A DNA stretch of 64,000 nucleotides from Podarcis vaucheri (Eukaryota). The stretch is from the NCBI GenBank assembly GCA_965113315.1, contig OZ220364.1, one strand, 5' to 3'. Numbering within the stretch: the stretch's first letter is position 1; each line of letters starts with the position of its first letter. Positions 13,625-24,103 of the stretch are shown one piece after another. The notes below the pieces were generated by a model. The model was not told the DNA's origin. It did no database searches and was given only the letters and a program-made list of their open reading frames with translations. The position numbers and the translations under genes were made by a program.

Positions 13625-14182
13625 CTGCAGAGGGAAACAGAGAACACAGGATATTGGTGATGTTAAACAACTGGCGGTTAAGTCCTAGAGATGAAGGTTT
13701 TCTACTCTTGTGCCATTTGTGGAGCAAGAAGCAAGTAAGCTTCCAACAGCAAATGGGATTTTCTTTAAGCCATGAAATCATCAGCACAATCTCAGCTATT
13801 AGCAGGTTCACAATGGAAAATTCACATGCTCAGTAGGAGATTTAGGGAGGCAGGATGGGAGACACAACAGCAGGCAGGGAGAATATAACTATGAGATGGT
13901 TTTGAGTGAAAACCCCAGGCACCAAACTGCTGACACTGGACAGCAAGTCCCTAGCAAATAGTGCACTTTCTGCTCTTAAGGAAGGGAAGCCCACATAATA
14001 TGGTGAGCTGCAGCACCCGCCATAATTGAAATCCATATGCTGCAGGTTCAATGAAGCATACAAGAATTGAAATACCTCAGCTGCAAACACGTGAAATAAG
14101 CCACACTGTTTATGCCAAGGAAAATAAATGCAAGTGTTTAACAATGGAGCAGGGTAGTATGCAGGCTGCATTTAGAACTTAC

Positions 14183-14299
14183 CATGCAAACAGGTTGGCT
14201 TGTGGGTGGATGTCCAGAGCTGTCAGTCCTTTTACTATCTGCAGGACCTTCACTGATTCTGGCATCCTTGGATCAAAGAAACGGACATCTCCATTAACA
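14183..14299 (-). CDS. RPTOR: RPTOR coding exon (~exon 32), (S)VNGDVRFFDPRMPESVKVLQIVKGLTALDIHPQANLFA(C)
   Basis: 117 bp; tttgcag acceptor, gtaagt donor. Confidence 0.97.
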
Positions 14300-14531
14300 C
14301 TGCAAAGAGATAAAACATGGGGCTATTACCTGTTTGCTCCAACAAGGAGAGCAGATCTACTTATCCCAGAACCTGGCTATAATTAGGAGAGTATTAGTAT
14401 CAATGCTCAATTTGCCAGCAATGTCCCTTTGCGAAAACCAGCACACTTGCCACCCACTGCAGTCTGTTTCAGGCAGCCCTAGATGCTGCAGAAGCAAACA
14501 TAAGGTTACTCATGCGCAAGGAATCAGTGTA

Positions 14532-14841
14532 CACTGGTACCTCGGGTTAAGTACTTAATTCGTTCTGGAGGTCCGTACTTAACCTGAAATTGTTCTTAAC
14601 CTGAAGTACCACTTTAGCTAATGGGGCCTCCTGCTGCCGCCACGCCGCCGGAGCACAATTTCTGTTCTCATCCTAGAATCGTAGAATCATAGAGTTGGAA
14701 GAGACCACAAGGGCCATCGAGTCCAACCCCCTGCCAAGCAGGAAAGCAAAGTTCTTAACCTGAAGCACTATTTCTGGGTTAGCGGAGTCTGTAACCTGAA
14801 GTGTACGTAACCTGAAGCGTATGTAACCCGAGGTACCACTG
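14532..14841. mobile_element. Tigger-like MITE family A with a nested CR1-type 3' tail (14675-14742, minus)
   Basis: TIRs and TA TSD; ~68-bp insert absent from sibling copies, reverse complement of ...ttccaactctatgattctacgattct. Confidence 0.88.
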
Positions 14842-17044
14842 TACACGAACCAATTCATTATTCCTCCTGTTCAACTCATTGGCATTAAATACCACTAGAA
14901 AACCACTAACTGGCTTTGCTGTTTGACTGATTTCTGGACTTTAAGACCCTTTGTATTCCCCTGGAACAAGGTAAATGATAACAGGGTTACTTTAACCATA
15001 TGCAAACATCCTGTGTCAGAGAATTGACTTTGGGCTAATGGTCCTGTGACATATTTTTGGCAGGTTGAAGACCTTTTAACACTGGACTAGATGCTTTATA
15101 GTGGCATCAGTGAATGGTTAAGATCACATTAATTGGTGAAGTGAAATTTCTAACTTTCAGCTTGATTACTGTCTTGCCATAAATATAATGGATTCATAGC
15201 TCATGAAGCTGGCCTTCCGTCCTAATCCTTTAAATGCTGTAAGGTGTGTCCAAGTGATGATTCTATGAGGAAAACAAGGTCGAAACATGGGGTCCACTCA
15301 CTGAGCAGATTGTTTCTTGAGCAGAGGATTTGGGCAAAATGTAAGGGAGATGGATAAAACCAGGTCTGCTAAGAAACTGAAGGAATTACAGTCCCTGTCT
15401 GTAGTTTTCAGAGCAGAGAAATCAATGAAAAACTAGTAGAATAAGGAAGGCAAATGAGAAAACGTTGCTGAGAAAACTGTAGCCAAAGCCTGATCAGCTG
15501 AAGTTATTTTAATTCAGTCAAATGACTGTATTTTACTGAGAATTTACTATTTTATGTACAATGCTTAAGGGTTTCTTTTTCTTTTTATAATGCAGTTTAT
15601 AAAATTTCTTCAATAATTTTGATTACAGAGAATGGCTACTAAAGTGTAAAAATCTAGTCGGAGGCCCTGCATTACAACAATTGCTGGTCTGAGGATGTAA
15701 CAGAGCCCATTAAGAAGCAGCATTTGGGTAACTGGGATCTGGATCTCATTAGGTAACCCTATAGTCTATCTCATGCTGCTCTTCCCTACATGACTTCCTT
15801 AGTCTCCAGCTGCAGCATTTCATAATGAGGACTCAACATGGGGCTTCCCTACTGCAGTTCAGATCCTTCCGCTCTCTCTTGTGATACTTCAAATATCTGA
15901 CCTGCATGCCCTGTCTCTCTTGGAACTTTCCCTTCATTTAGGGTTCATTATATCTCTCTTGTTTCTGGAACCTTGTAATTTAATTAAAGACCTAATAGCC
16001 TTCGTAGTGTGACCCATGGCTGGTTACAGCCTGTGGAGCCTGACAGTATAAAAAAGGGCAAAGGAAAACAAAAAAAAAGAATAGTGAGCAGGGCTTTAAG
16101 TTGCACCAACTTCTGGTTGGTGCAAGGAGAAGACTCTACTGCTGTACTGCCAAACAAAACGGCAACGAAGACACAGCAATAAAAAGACTGAAGATGAAAG
16201 CACCAATATTTGATTCCTTGTATGCATCCAGCTAATGGAGCTGGTGAAAGCTAATGGAGACTGGTGAAGATCCACTTGAAGGCTGAGTGTTTACAGCCCA
16301 GCTGCAATACGCACAGCTGGAAAGTGCAGACCATGTTCTAAGATCTGATTCCAAAAAAAAAAGCTGTGGGTGCAGAAGAGAAACTAATACCTCACAGACA
16401 GTCAGATCTAGAAAGCCAAAGGTCAATACCAAATGCTACAAAATGAAGAACTACAGAGAAAAGCACTCCAGCTGTCACTCCCTAGTGTTAAGCTGTCAGA
16501 GATGCAGCAGGATCCTCAGGAAGCATCTACAGCACCACTTAGAGAGGGCAGAACCAGGGTTAAAATATCCAAGAGAGGCAAAGCTTCAAATTATTACTCA
16601 ACATAAGGAAACATTCTAAAAAAACACACACAAGGAAACATTCTGATTAAAAATAAGTCTTCAGGTTTACTGTAAATTAATGTATGTGAAATCTAATCAT
16701 GAAATGATTTATTCCATGTTCTTAATTCCTGCTGCCCTTTATTTATCTTATAAAAATTGCTTTTATTGTATTTTCTTTTATATCCATTAGTGTGCATTAA
16801 AAGTAAGTGAAACAATATAAAAGTAATGAATGGAATAATAAACAACGTGAAAGGTTCGTTTCAGGGTATAAAATATGCAATTAATAAGATGTTAAACTTG
16901 CTGAGGGGACAGAGACAGAGCACTTAGTGATATTAACTGTATTTATTTTTTGGGTAGCAGATTGCTGCTGCTCTTTCTTGATTGGTCCAGCTGCTCCTAA
17001 TATTACTCTCATTCATATGTTGGCCCAGCTAAATATTATTCTCA

Positions 17045-17400
17045 TTCACATGCAGTGCTAAGCTGAACCATGGCTGAGCATCAACAAGCAAACCTATGGG
17101 CTTCCAGAGATGAGATGATGGTCAGTTGATTCCTCCCTGGTCTAGGTCTCCCAGACAATCATGAGCTGTTTAAACCATAGGAGACACCTTGGTTATAGCT
17201 TGTGGTTTGTCTGGGAGAGCTAAGCCATGAACCTGGGGTATGGATGACACACAAAACCATACTATGGCTTAGCTCAGCATAGTGTAGCAGCAAAATGACC
17301 AAGGAGGAGCAATGTGGTTATAGCCTCCTCTCTGGGAGCCCATGTGTTTCCTTGTTCATGCTCAGCCATCGTTTGCCTTAGCATTACACACAAACTAGGC
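17045..17400. mobile_element. Long imperfect-palindrome MITE (AAACCATGG/CCATGGCTTAG motifs)
   Basis: Self-complementary halves; related copies at ~63640-63980 and ~5150-5360. Confidence 0.55.
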
Positions 17401-17405
17401 CACTA

Positions 17406-17702
17406 CAGTGGTGCCTTGCAAGACGAAATTAATCCGTTCCGCGAGTCTCTTCGTCTTGCAGTTTTTTCGTCTTGCGAAGCACAGCTATTAGCGGCTTAGC
17501 GGCTATTAGCGGCTTAGCGGCTATTAATGGCTTAGCGGCTTTAAGAAAAAGGAAACAAACTCGCAAGAACTCGCAAGACGTTTCGTCTTGCGAAGCAAGC
17601 CCATAGGGAAATTCGTCTTGCGGAACGACTCAAAAAATGGAAAACTCTTTCGTCTTGCGCGTTTTTTGTCTTGCGAGGCATTCGTCTTGCGAGGTACCAC
17701 TG
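17406..17702. mobile_element. Tigger-like MITE family B with internal (TTCGTCTTGCGA) repeats and a GCGGCT(AT)TA array
   Basis: cagtggtgccttgcaagacgaa ... ttcgtcttgcgaggtaccactg, TA TSD, CpG-rich. Confidence 0.85.
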
Positions 17703-19707
17703 TATCTCCTACTTGATTGGTCCAGCTACCCTAACAGTATTGCTTCTGCAGCAGCTGTCCAAGGCTTCAGGCAGAGGCCTTAACAAACGTTGCTACCTGG
17801 GATCCTTTGGACTGAATAGGCTAAGGGACTGAACCTGAGACACCATCTGCATGTACTGTGCCATTAGGCCTTACGGTGTGCTGCATATGCCTTTTGCATT
17901 GGGACAAAGGAAGTAAGAACAACTAAATCAGGACGGATTCAAGGTGGACCACGGAGAAGATCTAGAAGCAGATCCTGAGTGTGCCAGCATAATCAGCACG
18001 CACATCAGTAATGTAGAATCCCAACAGTTGAGTTTAACGAAGTTGCCTGTGTGCTGAAGTAATCGAGGAAACTCAACAAACTTCTCAAAGGGATTAAACA
18101 GGATGAGACAGCACCATGATTCATCCTTCAGCTTCTTCAATGAGTTCTGACCACAGCAGTGCCTGAGGCTGAGATGTTGGATGGAATACCTGTGCCTGCT
18201 GCTACATTTTATTTTAGTGATGAGAAACTTGCACGACCTCAGAGGGCTACTATTACTAGAAACATCCTGGAACTGTTCTAACCACAGAAAGGGGAAGAGT
18301 ACAGAAGCATCTTTTTTTCCAGTCCTTCAGGAACAGATGTACGTGCAAGAAGGAGGAAAGGGTGTCCTTAAGTAACAAAAAGATGAACCCAAGCCAACAT
18401 CTGTAATGTGCCCATGCTATGCAAATCAAGACCCCAAAGTTAGAACCGACCTTCAGAGAGCTGCTTTTGTTGTGAGAAGAGCAGAGTTTAGACTTTTATC
18501 TGCAATAATTCATCTCTCCGTTTCCTGGTACATAAACCATTTGTCAAGCTTCTGCTGGCCTTCTTAATAACACCATTCACGACCCTATTCCCTACAGATG
18601 TTCTTTGGGTTCTTAGTGTTAGTGTTTCAGTATAAAGGTTTATCACCCACTGTATAAGCCTTATAGTAAGTATGCCACTCACTCTTGAACAGAATTCATG
18701 GAGTGTGCCTGATGTATGAGTAGAAATGATCACATTTTACATATGCACCCTCTGCAAGAGGGTGATTCAAATAGGCTAGTGCTGTGAAGGCCAGTTACTC
18801 CAACCTAGCCAATACTCTGTTTGCTGAACGGCTATCTGACAATAGATTACTGCCTTCCATGTTAGTTTATTAGTTTAATTATAAACTAAATCAATGCTCA
18901 AAGCATTATACTACATAGGTTCCTAGCTACTCTCATATCCAGGCACAAACTAACCCAGGTCTTAGCTTTAGTAAGGCCATTGCATCATGCTTCTTTAGGC
19001 CATGCAAGCTGAATTAATCTAAAACTGAAGTGCATAATCTTTTGCTGAAACATCAAACTACATACTGCATGCTGTTGAGAGTCAATATGGCTTGCTAGGC
19101 TGATCTAATTGATGTGGAACATGCCCAGTTCCAGGTAAAATTCCAATCCCTTTCTGAATCTGGTGAGAAGCACCCTTTGTTTGAAAGATAAGATAATTAT
19201 CTAATGTCAGGTGGGGCCTACCAAAATAAATTCAGAGTCAAATAGATTCTCATCTGGCAAGAAGAACTACTTCAACCAGCTTCCAGGAGAAACAGAAGTT
19301 ATAACATTTGCTGCCCCTTCTTTGGGGGTGGAAAAGCATTACCTCTTACAGCATTATATTTTCTTTCAATTCTGTATACAAGGAAGAAGTTCTCTGGAAA
19401 CAAACTATGACTTAGTGGTAGTAAATTATAGTCTGCTGTCCTTTGAATGGGGTAATAAATAAACACAGTGCTCCTCCACCATATTTATGAAGCATGAGAA
19501 ATGGATTTATGCACAGAAAATTGCTAGATGGGGAAATAATTCTGCATAGCAATAAGCCCAGAACATGCAATACAATCTATCCCTTGGTGTTTTTTAAGCA
19601 TTTTGTTTCAGTAGCAAGTCTTGCTCTAGCCAGTTGCTTCCTACCTTTTACTTTACAGCTATCAGATAAGTATTTCTGTTTAAGATTAGGATACTTATCT
19701 CCAGTAT

Positions 19708-20691
19708 TGTTACCAGGCCCTGATCCCACCTTGGTCCCCATCTAGACCTTCCAATGATCAATGACCTAAGTGAGTAGACAAAGCCCCACAATGCCAGGGC
19801 CCTGAGGTCTGTGAAGGGGCCTCCTCAGGTCTACCTCCAAGGGATGTATTAGAAGATTCCTTGGAGTGGATTCCTGATCCACCTTGGCTAACTCAAGTGA
19901 GGAAGGTTGAATCATCACCTAGTTCTTTGGGAACACCAGCACCAGAAGGTCCAAGCCCTGGCAGCTGGTCAACATTGGAGTCCATGCCTGAGAGTCCAAT
20001 GTGGCAACATAACTCTTGCATAAAGGGCTATTTCTGAGTAACAACCTTCCTCAACAATAAAGGCTCTTAAAGCAGACTCAAGCACCTGAACTGGTATAGG
20101 ACATGGCCTGAGACACTAGGCTATACAGTGGTACCTTGAGTTACAAACGCCTCAGGTTACAAATGCTTCAGGTTACAAACTCCGCTAACCTGGAAGAATT
20201 ACCTCAAATTGAGAACTTTGCCCCAGGATGAAAATGGAAATTGTGTGCCGGCAGTGCAGTGGCAGCAAGAGGCGCCATTAGCGAAAGCACACCTCTAGTT
20301 AAGAACAGTTTCAGGATAAGAATGGACCTCCAGAACGAATTACGTTCGTAACTAGAGGTACCACTGTATATCAAGCTTCACTTGGAGTCTGCTAGTTACT
20401 GGAAACAACACAAGCCAGCCAGCTCCCTCCTCCCAGACCCAACTCCTTTGCCTGCCTTGCTTTCTTAAGAATCTCTTCAGTTTTTGACCCCTAGACTCCT
20501 GCTTATCAATGCTGACCCTTGATTACATTTGGATCCAGATTGGATTTCTCTGACCTTGGTTTGACCTGAGCCTTGCTTTCTGGACTCTCTTTCCAAACTT
20601 TTGGTGATAGTGTATGTGGGACTAAGGCTGCAGTGGGTTCCACTGGGGACCTGCCTCCACTTAGCTCACAAACTCCAGCCAGAGCATGGCA
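19708..20691 (+). mobile_element. Possible solo LTR (TG...CA) interrupted by a MITE
   Basis: Starts tgttaccaggcc, ends cagagcatggca, TA-rich box at the MITE site, pyrimidine-rich U5-like part; no clean TSD. Confidence 0.3.
20126..20366. mobile_element. Tigger-like MITE family A (diverged variant)
   Basis: cagtggtaccttgagttac ... gtaactagaggtaccactg, TA TSD. Confidence 0.85.
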
Positions 20692-21318
20692 TGATCTTAT
20701 TTAGGATCCTTAACTTTACAGTGAAGGCTGACTATTCAGAAGATAATGCCACAAGTTTATGGGTGACTCTTCCCAAAAGTCAATAGAAGCTGACTTAGAA
20801 CACAGTGCCCTCACTCACAGGATTAAGCCATGTAAGAAAGGAAGCAGAGTAAATTTTGCACTCCCATTTGTGTACATATAATGACTCACAATGCACTGCA
20901 TCAAGCGTTAAATTTGTGGGGTTTTGCTTTCTTTGAGGTACCACTCCTACAATATTATGCAGTTCCCACACTCAGTTCTTCCAGTCTGGTGGGCCGCAAC
21001 CTGAAATGGTTGATCATCATCAGAAGAATGTATCTAATTTGAGGAGGATTGTTTTGTTTTTCCTGACTGAAGTTTGCTGTGACCAAGTTTGAAAACCCTT
21101 GCTCTAAGGAACAAGGTTACCCGTTCATCCGCTCTCCCATCTTGGGAGCAGGAATTAATTGCAGAGTAGAAATGCCAAAGTGAAGAGCTCAAATCTCATC
21201 ACTGTTTAAATACCAGAGACAGATTTTTAAACAAGAGAGGGCAAAATACTGTTTTGACAGGAAAATGTCGCATAAATATTCAGAGGCCCTTGTTCCTTTT
21301 CATTTCGTTTTCTTTTAC

Positions 21319-21405
21319 CTGACACTCATGATGTTGCCTTCAGGATGTTTCTGCAAATATGCTTTCACCACCCAGGCTGTGTGCTCTCGATAGGTCATCA
21401 CTCGG
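21319..21405 (-). CDS. RPTOR: RPTOR coding exon (~exon 31), (C)RVMTYREHTAWVVKAYLQKHPEGNIMSV(S)
   Basis: 87 bp; ctcttgtag acceptor, gtaaaa donor. Confidence 0.96.
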
Positions 21406-22156
21406 CTACAAGAGAGAGAGGCGAAACTTTGTAAGACAAAGCTGGAAAAAGGCCAGAAACCAACTCATGAACCATAAATGTGAAAGGGAAACCATCTGCT
21501 TGGTGTGGCTAGGTTCCCAGTTAGGTAAGTTGCAAGACTTTGAACCAGAGATTTTGAGTACGGGCATTATATTTTACAATGGCATGTTCCAAAATCTACT
21601 CTGGTGTGTGCTGTAATTGGTCAGATAAAGCATAAGAGGAAATGAGAGGGGAGGAGAAAAGGAATGGGGAATGACTCCATGTTTTTGCTTTAGGACATAA
21701 TAAGCAAATGTCTTAGTAGAAACTTAGCTCTGCTGTCTTTTACAACTTATGTATTTCAGGAAGAAGAAAAATCAATGCAATATTCTTCTCCCCTTCTTTA
21801 AAAAACAAAACAAAACTGTAAAAAGTTATTTCTCTTGCAGCTCAAGTTGATAAAAATTGCATCACCTCATAGCATTTGTTTCCAGGTCATAGCTTTTTTG
21901 AAATGAGTAGGTGAGAAATATAGAGTCCGACAGGTAATCCCTGAGCAAATGGTGATAGAAGGTTATGGTAGGGTTTGAATAATGTTGGTGCTAGAGGACA
22001 CATGGAGCCTTGAACTGAGGTAAGTTATCATGAGTGCTTAACCACAGAGCCATCAAATGATAGACGTGCTTCACACAATTGCAGGGGGTTGGACTAGATG
22101 ACTATCGTGGTTCTTTCCAATTCTACAATTCTATGATTCTATTTATTTATTTATAA

Positions 22157-22510
22157 GGGACGCGGGTGGCGCTGTGGGTAATACCTCAGCGCCTAGGACT
22201 TGCCGATCGCATGATTGGCGGTTCGAATCCCCGCGGCGGGGTGCGCTCCCGTTGCTCGGTCCCAGCGCCTGCCAACCTAGCAGTTCGAAAGCACCTTCGG
22301 GTGCAAGTAGATAAATAGGGACCGCTTACTATCGGGAAGGTAAACGGCGTTTCCGTGTGCGGCTCTGGCTCGCCAGATGCAGCTTCGTCACGCTAGCCAC
22401 GTGACCCGGAAGTGTCTGCGGACAGCGCTGGCTCCCAGCCTATAGAGTGAGATGAGTGCACAACCCTAGAGTCTGTCAAGACTGGCCGGTATGGGCAGGG
22501 GTACCTTTAC
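22157..22510 (+). mobile_element. Sauria SINE, full length, inserted at the tail of a CR1-type 3' end
   Basis: Head gggacgcgggtggcgctgtggg, B-box ggttcgaatcc, tail acctttac, TSD gattctattta (22135-22145 / 22511-22521). Confidence 0.9.
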
Positions 22511-23048
22511 GATTCTATTTAGACAATAATGTAAAGATTCTAGAAATTAAGACCCTCAGTATTGTGCCCCTTGTTTAATGTAATCTACAAAATATGGGAA
22601 GACATCCTCTTAAGGTGCTGCAAACCAGAAGATGGGATGCGATGGGGGAAAGAGCCTCTAACCAGAGAAGATTCATATAGCACAATTTCTACTATGCCAT
22701 CACAAAGTTTTTTTAAAAAGAGAAGTTCTGCAGTGGTGCAAGGGAAATTGCCCAAACATTAGAAATGGACTCCCCACCCCCTACTCTGCACTCCCTAGAA
22801 AAAAATGGATGCATTCAATAGGTTGTATTCAACCACGTTGAACTTCATGCACAGAACAACTCCAGTGAGTGCAATGGAACTTCCCCTTCCTCTCCTACCA
22901 TGCCATGTGATCCCCAAATTTGCTCTAGGGATTCCCCTATCTCTCTGGAGCATACCTGGGAGTAGAAGTTCCACTGCACTTGCACGCACACAATAATTTA
23001 GCTGGATTCAACCCAATATCCTTTTCACATTACGTTTTCACACATGCT

Positions 23049-23049
<1 letters not shown>

Positions 23050-23097
<48 letters not shown>
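23050..23097. repeat. (AAT)n microsatellite
   Basis: About 16 perfect units. Confidence 0.98.
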
Positions 23098-23100
<3 letters not shown>

Positions 23101-23228
23101 GGATGGGGTTTCCAAGAACAGCCAGATCTCTAGCGTGTTTGGAGGCATTGAAACAACGACAAGAAAAGTAGTAGTGAATGCAAAGTGAATGCAACTTGCT
23201 AGTTGTAAAAATTAGATAAGTCTCTTAC

Positions 23229-23356
23229 CATTCACTCAGAGCCATCCGCCGGTCATAAACACGAACCGAACCATCACCAAGCCCTGCTACAATGAGCGAA
23301 CGATGCGAGTCACAGGACAGGCTGGTGACACAGCTGTCAGCCCCCGTGGGAATATC
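23229..23356 (-). CDS. RPTOR: RPTOR coding exon (~exon 30), DIPTGADSCVTSLSCDSHRSLIVAGLGDGSVRVYDRRMALSE(C)
   Basis: 128 bp; ctcctag acceptor, gtaaga donor. Confidence 0.97.
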
Positions 23357-23845
23357 CTAGGAGAGAAAAACACAGTCCTAAGCTAAGACAGCTGGGAGAT
23401 TTTAAGTGCACTGGCCATATATATAGCCCGTGGAGTCCACACATGAGCATTGATGCTGAATAATGGTAACAAGGTGGTTGTGACAGCTTTACCGTGCAGG
23501 CTCAGATTTTGGCTTAAGACTGGGGGTGAACAAATTGCCTCTGGAAACAAACTAACTTCTGGTAGTGAAAAGGGCTGAAGTTTTTAAAATAAGCACAGGA
23601 CATGACTGTGCAGGACCAGGGCAATGAAGACATCAAGGACACCTATTCTGAGCTGCAGCACCCGGCTAATTGGTTCTTTTCTTCTAGCAAAGAGGAAGGC
23701 ATAAATATTATCAGAACAGCATTACCTCCACGGTGAGATTCAGGAACTTGTGTGGGTCTATGCCTTATTATGTATTAAAATTTCTATATTGGATAATACT
23801 AATTTTAATACAAAATGTCTTAGGTCTGTTTCACATGGTTTAAAT

Positions 23846-24103
23846 CAGGGGTCAGCAAACTTTTTCAGCAGGGGGCCGGTCCACTGTCCCTCAGACCTTG
23901 TGGGGGGGCCGGACTATATTTTGAAAATAAAAATAAAAATGAACGAAATTCCTATGCCCCACAAATAACCCAGAGATGCATTTTAAATAAAAGGACACAT
24001 TCTACTCATGTAAAAACACGCCGATTCCCGGACCATCTGCAGGCTGGATTTAGAAGGCAACTGGGCCAGATCTGGCCCTTGGGCTTTAGTTTGCCTACCC
24101 ATG
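23846..24103. mobile_element. hAT-type MITE
   Basis: Imperfect TIR caggggtcagcaaac / gtttgcctacccatg; degenerate 8-bp flanks gtttaaat / gtttgttt. Confidence 0.7.

Noticed and set aside
16231-16645. Short tandem duplications (gctaatggagctggtgaa x2; aaggaaacattct x2)
   Set aside because: Ordinary slippage-scale duplications with no further structure
17484-17700. Regularly spaced short repeats resembling a CRISPR or iteron array
   Set aside because: Eukaryotic context, units too short and irregular, wholly inside a TIR-bounded MITE
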